64,000 bases of DNA from a virus, in IMG/VR virus record IMGVR_UViG_3300047325_000170, positions 47,161-111,160 of that record. The stretch is one strand, 5' to 3'. The notes beneath the pieces are model-generated. The model saw only the letters and a program-made list of their open reading frames with translations. It searched no databases and was not told the DNA's origin. The position numbers and the translations under genes are program-made. The stretch's first letter is position 1. Each line of letters opens with the position of its first letter. Below are positions 1 through 9,300 of this stretch, piece by piece.

Positions 1-634
1 CTTGCTGCCAGTACCAGCGTTGTAAGGGGTAGATGAAAGCGGAGTCAAACTGATAGGGCGGGATCGATGAACAGAAGGTGCCGATTTCGAGAGCCTTACA
101 CCACAAGACAACAGCAAGCGCGTTCGGGATCTGTTGTCCATCCTTGGTACCGGCCCGGAGGAAGAGCCGCTCGAGCGCGAGGACATGAACCCCATTCGAA
201 TTGAGGTACGTGTTCGTGACGGGCAAGATGGGCGTGCGCTTGAATTGAGCAATCAGACTCGCGATACTGCGATTGTCGATAGGTGGCGAGCTTAAGTAGC
301 CCCCGCTGACGCGACGATTATCGGGATTAGGATCAACTTCTCCGGTCGAGAGTCCGAAGACATCATAGGCACTCGTGACTTCAAACTCGATCTGGACGAT
401 CTTCTCCACAAAGCCGGTGGACATGACAATACCGCCCGTTGTCCGAGGGACCGGTTCGACGTGGTTGTTGGAGACATCCGTGAGAGAGATACGGTACGGC
501 GGGACCGTCGCGGCAAAGTCTCCGATACGAAGGTAGTCTTCGTTACCGATGAGCTCCCCGTCCAAACTGCGGTCAAAGTTGATCGCGAGGAGCTGGGGGA
601 AGTTCTCATCAGAAGGATAGCGGAGGAGAGGCAA
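1..634 (-). CDS. Virion/baseplate-region protein, 5' part (runs off the window; absent from ORF track)
   Basis: Own translation from TTG at 634: MPLLRYPSDENF...YLRIGDFAATVPPYRI...SLIAQFKRTPILPVTNTYLN...; open to position 1; follows the 659..6397 gene on the same strand. Confidence 0.7.
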   Translation of the reverse strand, partial: MPLLRYPSDENFPQLLAINFDRSLDGELIGNEDYLRIGDFAATVPPYRISLTDVSNNHVEPVPRTTGGIVMSTGFVEKIVQIEFEVTSAYDVFGLSTGEVDPNPDNRRVSGGYLSSPPIDNRSIASLIAQFKRTPILPVTNTYLNSNGVHVLALERLFLRAGTKDGQQIPNALAVVLWCKALEIGTFCSSIPPYQFDSAFIYPLQRWYWQQ

Positions 635-658
635 CCAGGAAGCAGATCCTTTACGGGG

Positions 659-3600
659 CTACGAGCGGCCTTTCAACTGATCACTCGCGTCCTTGTCACG
701 GTCGCGGGTCGTGCGGCGTGCGTCTTGCATATCGACGTTCACCTGGGCCCCAATGGCGTTGCTGATCCCGGCACGGAGCGCTTCGGGGCTTGACATGTCC
801 CCGTTCCGACTTGCACGTACCTGGATGTTGTAGCTCTGGGCCGAGCCACCGGTGTCGTTACTCATGACGCGGGTGCGGCCGCCCGTTGGGGGCTTGGGCA
901 TCTCGGGGGCGTCGCGGATCTCCCCGCTCTGTCCGAAGGTCACGGCTGCGGTTGCCAGGGCGCCTGCGCCAAGGCCGGCCATGACCCAGGGGTTCCGGAG
1001 TTTCTCCATCACCCCGCTCATTGAGAGCTTCTTTGCTATTTTAGCACCATCTTCGACCATTGAGCTAGCGTTTTGGGTGACCGGGGCCGAGATCATGTTC
1101 TCGGTGAGGTCCTTGGTCTCGGGCAGCACGGACTCTGGGATGCTTGCCCCGATCTTGGGTTCGGTCAGAGCTTGGCTTGCTGCCTGTGCCTCTTGCATGC
1201 GCTCTTCGGTTGTTCCGGCGGCGTCGATAGCCCCACGTCCAAAGATCCGTGAGAAGATGTCAACCGCGCTCCGGCCGACTTTCTTCCCTGGGTTGGTAAT
1301 AGTGCGCACCCAGTCCCCGGCATTCGCTAGGTCAAGTGGCCCGGCGCCGTTCTTCATGGCGGCTTGAGATTTCCAATTGACCGGTTCGGTAAAGGATTCA
1401 AACCAGGAGATCTCTTTGCCCCACTTGTCAAATTTCGGTTCCGCAGCCTGGCCAGTTTTCACCATGTCTGTGAAAGCCTTGAGGGCTTGGTACTTCCAGA
1501 TATCCTTACCGGCTTCCATGTCCTCCTTGGCGCCCGCAAGGAAGTACTTGTCCATGTAGCTATCAACGTTCATGGAGCCAGCGCTCGTTTGCAGCAAGCC
1601 GCTTTTTTTGTCATAGAGGTCCTGCGTCTTGTCGATCACCGATGCTCCCGCCACGCCCGGGACACTCACGGGCTTGCCAACCGACTGCTGTTGAAGGAGC
1701 GTGGTGAAAGCGTAGGGGTCAAACTGATTGCCGCCCTTCACCTTGAGGAACTCTTCACGAATGATGCCCGCGCCGGTATACTGCAGCGCTGCTAGCTCTC
1801 GTTCTTCTGGACTTGCTGCGGTGTTCTTGATCGTGTTCATGAGCCGGTCTTGGATAGGCGTCGTCACCGCTCCGATGAGACCCTGCGCACTATCAACCTC
1901 GTGCTGCTCGAGGATCCTCTCCATCGTGCTCATCTTTAAGATTGGGAGATTGGTATGATAGTAGTTCTCAAAGTTGGCGAAGAGCTCTGCTGTTTTGGGC
2001 AGGTTCGCTTTGATCTCTTTAAGGGCGGCTTCATGCCCTTCCCACGCTGCAACCTTGGCCGTCCATGCCGATTCGAATTGCCCGTGCAATTTCTGCATGA
2101 TCGCCCGATTGATTTTCGTTCCCTCAAGCATGCCGGCAAGGACAACACGGACCTTGTCACCGTCCGAGTCACCATAGAGTGCCTTACGCAGACTGTCATG
2201 AACGTAGAGGCCAAATCCCTTGATGGTATCGTCGACATAGACCTTTGCGCCCATACGACCGTAGATCGCATTGGGGTCGCGGTGCACGGTTGCCCAGAAG
2301 AACTCTTGTCCCCGCTCGTCTTTCAGCAAGCTTTGGCCCGGGACAGCGCCGATTTGTTTAGCAAACTCCCGAGAAACCTTGGCGCTGAAGGGTTGGAAGG
2401 ACGCATCGTCCGCCCAGAGGGACTGCTGAAGGGGTGCCTTTAAGAAGCCCTTCCCGCTGAAGTCGAGGCTCTTGTAGAGGTTGTTAAGGAGACCCTTCTT
2501 GCCCTTGATCTGCGTTGCAAGCGATTGCTGGTAGGACTCAATAGATTTATTGAGATCATCCAGGTGGGCAAGATTCTCAGGATCGATCCGAGCGCTGAGC
2601 GCAATCACGCGGTCGAGGGCGCGTTGCGATTCGGAGGGACGGTAGCCACCGCCCTTTACGTCGGTGAGATCGGGGATCTCATCGGGGGCGTAGAGCCGCC
2701 GCCCGTTTCCAATATCGATATACTGTGCGCCACGCCCATAGCGTGCGAGGTATTCGTCCTTTGAGAGGACGTTCTTCGGTGCTTGTTCGCGTAGGGCGAT
2801 CTGTTCGGCGGTCATTTCTGTTGCGCCGGTCGCATTCCCGAATTTCATCGGATTTTGGTTGGCTTCATACGCAGAGAGGTATTGGTGGAGCTTGTAGGCT
2901 CTCTTCTGAGTGGTCGGGTTAGCGAGGTAAGAGGTCTTGAGATTCTCAGCCTGGAGAAGGAGACCCTCAGCCTCGTAGGCCTTAATGTCAAAGGCCTGCA
3001 TACCGGCTTCGTTCCGCTTGGGATTGAGGCGTTTGTGCTTTGCGTAGAGCGCTTCTTCCGCTGTCATGTCCGTCGTGGGCGAAGGATCATTGATGACGCG
3101 AGTGGCCAGCATCGACTGTTCATACTGCACGCGGTAGCGGTTCCCGCTCCGTGAGGTGAAGTTGGTTGTTTGGAGTAATTCCATGCCGCCGCTCGGATCG
3201 ATCTTCTGTCCGAGCTCGTTCATCATGCGCTTCGCTTCAAGGGCCTTCGCCACGTTGGTCTCATCAAAGCGATGTTTGCCGGAGATCGCTCGGTTGACGA
3301 CGTAGCCATTCTCGATGCTGAACTTCATACCGAGACCAAGCTGATCGAAGATCTCCTGCAACCCTTGTTGAAGAGCAAGGGCCTTCTGGGGATCCTTGCC
3401 AGCCCGCGCCATCATCATATTCATCTGACCGCGGACGAGCATGCCTGCGCCTTCGTGCTTCTGGAGGGTCTTCACGAGTGGGACGCCAGAGAAGATCTTG
3501 ACGAAGTCATCGTCCCAGGTCGTTTTCCCACCGTTGATGACGACGGTGTTCTTCGACATATCGGCCATGATCTTCATGTTGTGAAGATTGGCCCCGGCCC

Positions 3601-6397
3601 CGAAGGCCTCGTTGATCTCGGGCTTCGCGATGGCCTGTTGTTCGTAGGCCCCCATCACCTGCATCATCTCGTCGGTCCCAAGAGTACGGACAACATTCCC
3701 CGCCTCGTCGAGCTCCTCGCCGCCAACGATGAAACCCATGCCGACATTGCGCTGGTAGGTGGGGTCTGCGAACTCCTTCCCGAGGCGGGACTCTACGCGT
3801 TGGAACTGCGTCATCGCAATCTCGTCCTCTGAATTGCGCAGGGGCACGGCATTGAACTCTTGTTGTGGTCGCGCCCAGGGATTACCACCGGGGACCACGT
3901 CTTGATAGATCGCCGCTGCGACGGGAGATCCCTGACGGCCCGCCTTATTACCAATGATCGCGAGACCCTCGACCCCCTGTCCGGGAGCGGAGCCTTGAAT
4001 CAGCCGCGTGCGAATCCGCTGCAGTTGCCGGTTCTTGACGGACGTATTTGAGCCGATGGTATTGAAGATGCGATTTGCAAAGCTTCCCTCGAAGCCGCCT
4101 CTTTCATCCTCTTTGTTTAAGAACTTCTCTTGAACTGTGTCTCCGCCGGCGCTTTCATAGAGGGCTTTTGCAACGGCATTACCTTCCTTGGGTTCGATAC
4201 GTCCGTCCTCTGCATTTTGAAAGAACTGCCTGAAGAACTTGTCGCGGTTGATGCGACTCTTATCGGTTGTGGCAAAAGCATAGATTGGATTGATTGTCGA
4301 CTCTGGCAAGAGCAAAGCATTATGAACGAGGAGTTGTTCTTGTGTCTGAACGGCCGACGCGGAGATAGCAATCCCGGGATCCTCGGCCGTGGCATCAAGG
4401 ACGCCCTTCCCGAGCTCAGACGTTGCTTGGTCAAAGAGTCCCATGTCGAGTTTGCGGACTGCGCGCTGCATGCGGCGGCCGACCGATGCGAACATGACTT
4501 CGGTGGCTGAGAAAACATGGAGTCCGCCTTGGATGCGGTTCTGCGCCGCAATCTTTCGTGCCTCGGAGTAGTTATTAAATGTCTCCGGTCTGACATGAAC
4601 TGTCTGATATTTCAGTCCTTGGTTGATGAGCTCGTTATCGTCGAGGAACTCGCTTCCCCGGCCCGATTGCCGTAGGACGAGGTCACTGACGCCAAGGTAC
4701 TGGCCGATATATTTGCTCCCGCCGGCCGTTTGGAAGACACCGTTGACGTCTTCAACGGGAAGGAAGAACTGAGCGGCCCCGCCGGTTCCTTTTGAGATGG
4801 CAGCGTTCTCGTGGGGAGCAATGTGAACCCAGACACCGAATCCTTGGCCACCGCCCTTGAGAGGGTTCGACTCTTGGAAGGAATAGGAGACCTTCCACTT
4901 CGCTGCACGCGGGACCGATTTTCCGTCCTTCTGCTCAAAGCTTTGAAAGAACTTGATACGTTCCTGAAGATAGTCGAAGGCGGCTTCACGGTTTCCGCCG
5001 ATGTTGCCGTTCCCGAAGGCGACGATGCCTGTTTTCTTCTCAAAGGTATCAAGGGCCCGAAGCCGCGCGCGTACATGGGCGGCTTCATCGAACTCATTGA
5101 CCTTGCCGGTCCACACTTTCTTGCTACCTTCTTGCTTCATCTCGAAGACTTCGCGTGAGGTAAGCTGCGCGATGTGGGACTCAAGACCACCGGGGATCTC
5201 TTCCGTACCCATCTTGAGGCCCATATGCTGGCCTTGTTGTTCAAGGTTTTCAAAGTGCCGGCGGAAGAAGCCAAAGGCTCCCTCTCCGGTGAAGGCTTCG
5301 CGCCGTAAGACATCCGCCCCGTGGGGCATGCCAAGGCCATTCACTGAGGTTTGCATCGCCTCGAGAACAGGGTTCATAAAGCGCTGCCACATCTTCTTGC
5401 GCAGAGCAGCGCGCATCGCTGGATGCTGGGCCGGATCTCCCTTGATCCGGCCATTCTTTACCAGTCGTTGCCATTGGTTCTCAAAGGCGGTCTCGAAGGT
5501 GTTGTAGATTGCCCGGCTCATCGCTACATTCTGGGGAGCGACGAAGCCCTGCATCACCCGGTTATAGAGGCCCTGTGCATCCTTCGTGTAGACGCCGCCG
5601 ATCCCGCGACTGCGGATCTTCGGGACGATCCCGCCATCGTCGGTTGTGACCGATCCGCGCTCGAGCAGTGCCTTGAAGCCGTCGGGATTGAGGAATTCGT
5701 GGGGCGACTTCTCATCATTCGTCACGCCACTGAGGGCCATCATCGTGCGCTGATGAGTCATGATGAGATCCTGGAAGCGGATCTGGCGCGCGGTCGCCTT
5801 GGTCTGTGCCATGTTAAACATGAGCTGACCGACATCTTCGGGGTTCATGGTTGCAGAGAAGCTCTTGCCAAGCTTTCCTATGGCGCCCTGGGGGACGATG
5901 TTCATCGCCACCTGTCCGCTCTCGGTGAGCGAGGAGCTAACCTTATAGACTCCAAACTGCTTGGTCAACTCGGGGTCCATGAAGCCAGCAGCACGTAGAG
6001 AATCCGTCATGACGTAATAGCCAGAAGGAAGCTCACCTTGCGCGATCTTGGCAGCGGTCTGAGCGCCGGCTGTTTTCATCTCCTCAAGGCGTCCCGCAGC
6101 ATTGGCGGCCCTCTCCGCCTTCGTCTCGGGAGTGAAACGGAAGTCACGTAAGGCAACTCCCATGTCCATGTCGCGGATCTTCCGCCGCGCCGAGGTGAAC
6201 TCAGGGAGATCCTTGGTGGAGGGAACCTTTGTGATCATGGCTTGCCAGACATTTGTGCCGCCCTCTTTAACAAACTTCCAGAGGTTTGCCGTCGCCAGAT
6301 AGCCGCTGCCCCGCATCTTCATATAGACCCCACTCTTGGTGGTGTCTGCGCCTTGGGCTGGAGCGTAATTCTTAACTACCTTGTCGTAGAGAGACAT
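659..6397 (-). CDS. Giant protein (1912 aa), putative virion-associated two-barrel RNA polymerase
   Basis: HRDPNA (2270-2284) followed ~35 aa later by LYGDSDGDKVRV (GDSDGD at 2156-2173), matching the R-x-P...DxDGD pattern of the catalytic double-psi beta-barrel; lies inside the structural operon. Confidence 0.65.
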   Translation of the reverse strand: MSLYDKVVKNYAPAQGADTTKSGVYMKMRGSGYLATANLWKFVKEGGTNVWQAMITKVPSTKDLPEFTSARRKIRDMDMGVALRDFRFTPETKAERAANAAGRLEEMKTAGAQTAAKIAQGELPSGYYVMTDSLRAAGFMDPELTKQFGVYKVSSSLTESGQVAMNIVPQGAIGKLGKSFSATMNPEDVGQLMFNMAQTKATARQIRFQDLIMTHQRTMMALSGVTNDEKSPHEFLNPDGFKALLERGSVTTDDGGIVPKIRSRGIGGVYTKDAQGLYNRVMQGFVAPQNVAMSRAIYNTFETAFENQWQRLVKNGRIKGDPAQHPAMRAALRKKMWQRFMNPVLEAMQTSVNGLGMPHGADVLRREAFTGEGAFGFFRRHFENLEQQGQHMGLKMGTEEIPGGLESHIAQLTSREVFEMKQEGSKKVWTGKVNEFDEAAHVRARLRALDTFEKKTGIVAFGNGNIGGNREAAFDYLQERIKFFQSFEQKDGKSVPRAAKWKVSYSFQESNPLKGGGQGFGVWVHIAPHENAAISKGTGGAAQFFLPVEDVNGVFQTAGGSKYIGQYLGVSDLVLRQSGRGSEFLDDNELINQGLKYQTVHVRPETFNNYSEARKIAAQNRIQGGLHVFSATEVMFASVGRRMQRAVRKLDMGLFDQATSELGKGVLDATAEDPGIAISASAVQTQEQLLVHNALLLPESTINPIYAFATTDKSRINRDKFFRQFFQNAEDGRIEPKEGNAVAKALYESAGGDTVQEKFLNKEDERGGFEGSFANRIFNTIGSNTSVKNRQLQRIRTRLIQGSAPGQGVEGLAIIGNKAGRQGSPVAAAIYQDVVPGGNPWARPQQEFNAVPLRNSEDEIAMTQFQRVESRLGKEFADPTYQRNVGMGFIVGGEELDEAGNVVRTLGTDEMMQVMGAYEQQAIAKPEINEAFGAGANLHNMKIMADMSKNTVVINGGKTTWDDDFVKIFSGVPLVKTLQKHEGAGMLVRGQMNMMMARAGKDPQKALALQQGLQEIFDQLGLGMKFSIENGYVVNRAISGKHRFDETNVAKALEAKRMMNELGQKIDPSGGMELLQTTNFTSRSGNRYRVQYEQSMLATRVINDPSPTTDMTAEEALYAKHKRLNPKRNEAGMQAFDIKAYEAEGLLLQAENLKTSYLANPTTQKRAYKLHQYLSAYEANQNPMKFGNATGATEMTAEQIALREQAPKNVLSKDEYLARYGRGAQYIDIGNGRRLYAPDEIPDLTDVKGGGYRPSESQRALDRVIALSARIDPENLAHLDDLNKSIESYQQSLATQIKGKKGLLNNLYKSLDFSGKGFLKAPLQQSLWADDASFQPFSAKVSREFAKQIGAVPGQSLLKDERGQEFFWATVHRDPNAIYGRMGAKVYVDDTIKGFGLYVHDSLRKALYGDSDGDKVRVVLAGMLEGTKINRAIMQKLHGQFESAWTAKVAAWEGHEAALKEIKANLPKTAELFANFENYYHTNLPILKMSTMERILEQHEVDSAQGLIGAVTTPIQDRLMNTIKNTAASPEERELAALQYTGAGIIREEFLKVKGGNQFDPYAFTTLLQQQSVGKPVSVPGVAGASVIDKTQDLYDKKSGLLQTSAGSMNVDSYMDKYFLAGAKEDMEAGKDIWKYQALKAFTDMVKTGQAAEPKFDKWGKEISWFESFTEPVNWKSQAAMKNGAGPLDLANAGDWVRTITNPGKKVGRSAVDIFSRIFGRGAIDAAGTTEERMQEAQAASQALTEPKIGASIPESVLPETKDLTENMISAPVTQNASSMVEDGAKIAKKLSMSGVMEKLRNPWVMAGLGAGALATAAVTFGQSGEIRDAPEMPKPPTGGRTRVMSNDTGGSAQSYNIQVRASRNGDMSSPEALRAGISNAIGAQVNVDMQDARRTTRDRDKDASDQLKGRS

Positions 6398-9300
6398 TAG
6401 GCCGCCTGCTGAATCTGCATGTTCACTTGATGTTGCTGAGCATTATTGGGATAGAGCTGGATATCGATATCGCGAAGCCCCATACCATCGAGGACGCGAT
6501 GGAGGTTCGCTTTGATGTTGCCGGGGGTCTCGCGGAAGGGACGGATGTCTTTGATCCCAAGCTCACTGACTCGCTCTTCATCCTGCGGCCAGAAGCCTTG
6601 GGAGGTCATATCGAGACCCTCTTGCTTCGTGACAACCAGACGGTAGTCGTCAAGTGAGTTCTCAGCCTGCCAACCATTCCAGTCCGCGGGCGGCAGGTAA
6701 TGGTGCTTGAAGTACTCGATGAGTTCTGGCTTCTCATCGACCTTTAGGCCATAGGCGGCTTGCAAGAAACGGCGCTCGTTCTTGGGCACCATCTTGAGGA
6801 TCTCTTTCCGCTCAGGCCCCGGGGCCTTGAGGAACGCCTGGAAGAACTCACGCTCCTTGGGGTCAAGTGAGAGCAAGACCTTTTGGAGATCGCTACCTGG
6901 CTTCGCACCATAGAGTGTCGTCTGCGCGACCTGACGATACTGGATCGCAAGGATATCATCACGGGTGAGCTTCAGCTCCTTGCGATAGGACTGCAGCTCG
7001 GAGATCTCTTGGTTGATCTCGTGCAAGCGCTTCGCTTGCTTCTTCTTGTCGCCCTTAATGATGATGCGCCGCTTCTCTTGCCGTAGTTGGGAGATGCGGT
7101 GCTTGCGATCATCGCCTTCGCGTTCGTAGCGGTCGATGATCGCGCCGATGTCTTTGTGCTCATGTTTGAGAACGTAGGCGCGCGTCTTCTCGTAGAGCCC
7201 CTCGTACTTCATGTACTTAAGAATGTCGAAGTACTCTTTGGTCTCGCGCTCTTTCTTACGATACTCCGGTATGGGATCTTGTGACACCTTATGGCTGAAG
7301 GCAAGCGCGCCGGCAATCGCCATCGAAGCACCCATCAAGATGGCGCGCGACTTCAACTGGATCTTCCCAAGCTTGAAGCCAAATTTGGTGTTGGGGAGAC
7401 GCTCAATGAGCTTCCCGCCGTAGAGGGGGCCAACCCCGAGGAAGTACCCGATAGCACCGGCAACCGCCATACCGGCGATGCCTTGTGCGGCAGCTGATTC
7501 AAACGAGGGGAAGATGTAATCCCGGAAAGGGTGCTTCCAGTCTTGCCAATCCTTACCGTAGACTTGCGTACGCTTATAGAGTTCGATAGGTGAGTCAAGG
7601 GCCATGTACTTATTGTGAAGCAGGGTGATCGGCAGGTGCCCAATGCGCTCAAGGGCTCCGGCCCAGGCGATCTCGTTGCTCGTGTACTGTGCATGCATAC
7701 CAGCGGGCGAACTATCTTGGGTCTCTGAGCCGTAGTCCTGATCGATAGCTTCGCGGTTGAGCATCCGCCCATGGCTAAAGACGACAGCGTGGATGGTGTT
7801 GAGGGTATCCTTCGAGACACGCTGCGCTTGATCGTGAGCATAGCCGATCTTCACCGTACGCCCCGGCCCGAGATTCTGGCTGAGCCAGGTGGTCGCATCG
7901 GCATCGCTGCGGACGTGAACACCCGCAAGGCGGATCGGATTGTCGGGGTGCTCGAGCGTCGTGAAGGTATTATTGTCGATCATCTTATCGATATGGACGG
8001 TCTCATAGTCGAGCTGTGCATACCGGAGATGATAGGGTGCCATCGTTACGCGGTGCTTGCGCTGCGTAACCTGTTCCTTGACGGTCTTGATGCGTGCTCG
8101 ATCTTCGTCGGAGAGGACGCCTTCGGGGAGATGCACGAGATAGTCGCGGTAGCGCCGGTACTGTGAGGACCAGGGCGCCACATCACCGAGGATCTCGAGC
8201 TTCGTGACATCATCGTAGAACTGGCCTTGGCTCCAAAGGCCTTCTTTCGTCTCCTTGGCGATCTGCTTGCGGACATCGTCGACCTTTGCAATCGTCTTAT
8301 CGTAGAGATCCTGATCGAAGGTCAGCTGCGCGGAACGCTGCTCATTTGGATTGTCGCGGTTGACGTAGACGATGCCGCCCTGCTTTGCGCCAAGCTCGGC
8401 CATGTCCAGGTTGAGTTGTTCGCGATGGCGTGCATCAATCGTGTCATGCAGTTCGCGATAACGCTTCTGCGAGAGGGTGTGGATCTCAATTGGGTTGCCG
8501 TCCTTGGTGACAAAGTCGACGGTTCCGGAGATCCCAAGCTTCTTGTCATCGTAACTGACGTCACGCTTGCCACCCGGCGACTCGCCGAGAAGCTCATGCT
8601 TGATCTTCTCATGCAGCTCTCCACCGCGTTCAGCGATTTCCTGTGAGTAGGCATAGAAGGGCTCGTGGTCTCCCGTTAAGAGTCCATAGAGTCCGTCGCG
8701 AGAGTAGCCGATCTGCGTGCTGCGTAGCTTGAGGTCCATGGCTGGTATTCCATGGAGTTTCTCGTAGGCCGCACCTGGCAGGCGCGCTTCACCGTTCGGG
8801 ATCGTGACATAGGGGTCGCCGTGGAGGAAGTCGAGGAAGTAGGCGGGGTCTTCACCGCCCTGCCCCGGCAACCAGGTGGGCATTGTATTCCGGATCGGAT
8901 TGTATTCGGTGTTGGAGTGATAGCGGTGGGGCAGGAAACGACGGAAGGCTTCTGAGAGCCCCGGTGTCGGCAGCATGCCGCCGGTGTTCCAGTTATCCCA
9001 GTACTGCCGCTCGAACGAGGTCATCCGTCCTGCTGATTGCAGGGTCGGCAAGTTGGAGTAGGGATAGTCCACGGTGCTCGCCGCGGCGAAGCCGTAGATA
9101 CCGCCGATTTCCGTTAAGGAGTAGTAGCCAAGACCGGCCTGATAGCGTGGATCGTTGGGATTGATGAGTCGCTTGAGGGAGCGGGGATCATTCGGATCCT
9201 GCGACTTGAAGAGCCCCGGCGCTTGCGTGCCTTCGAGCATACGCCCCGGCGTGAAGCGCTGCGCTGCCTTGAGCTTCTCGTTGGACTCACGGATCTTTTG

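Noticed and set aside
292-609. 105-aa ORF from the track
   Set aside because: Shadow frame of the longer ORF starting at 634 that runs off the window.
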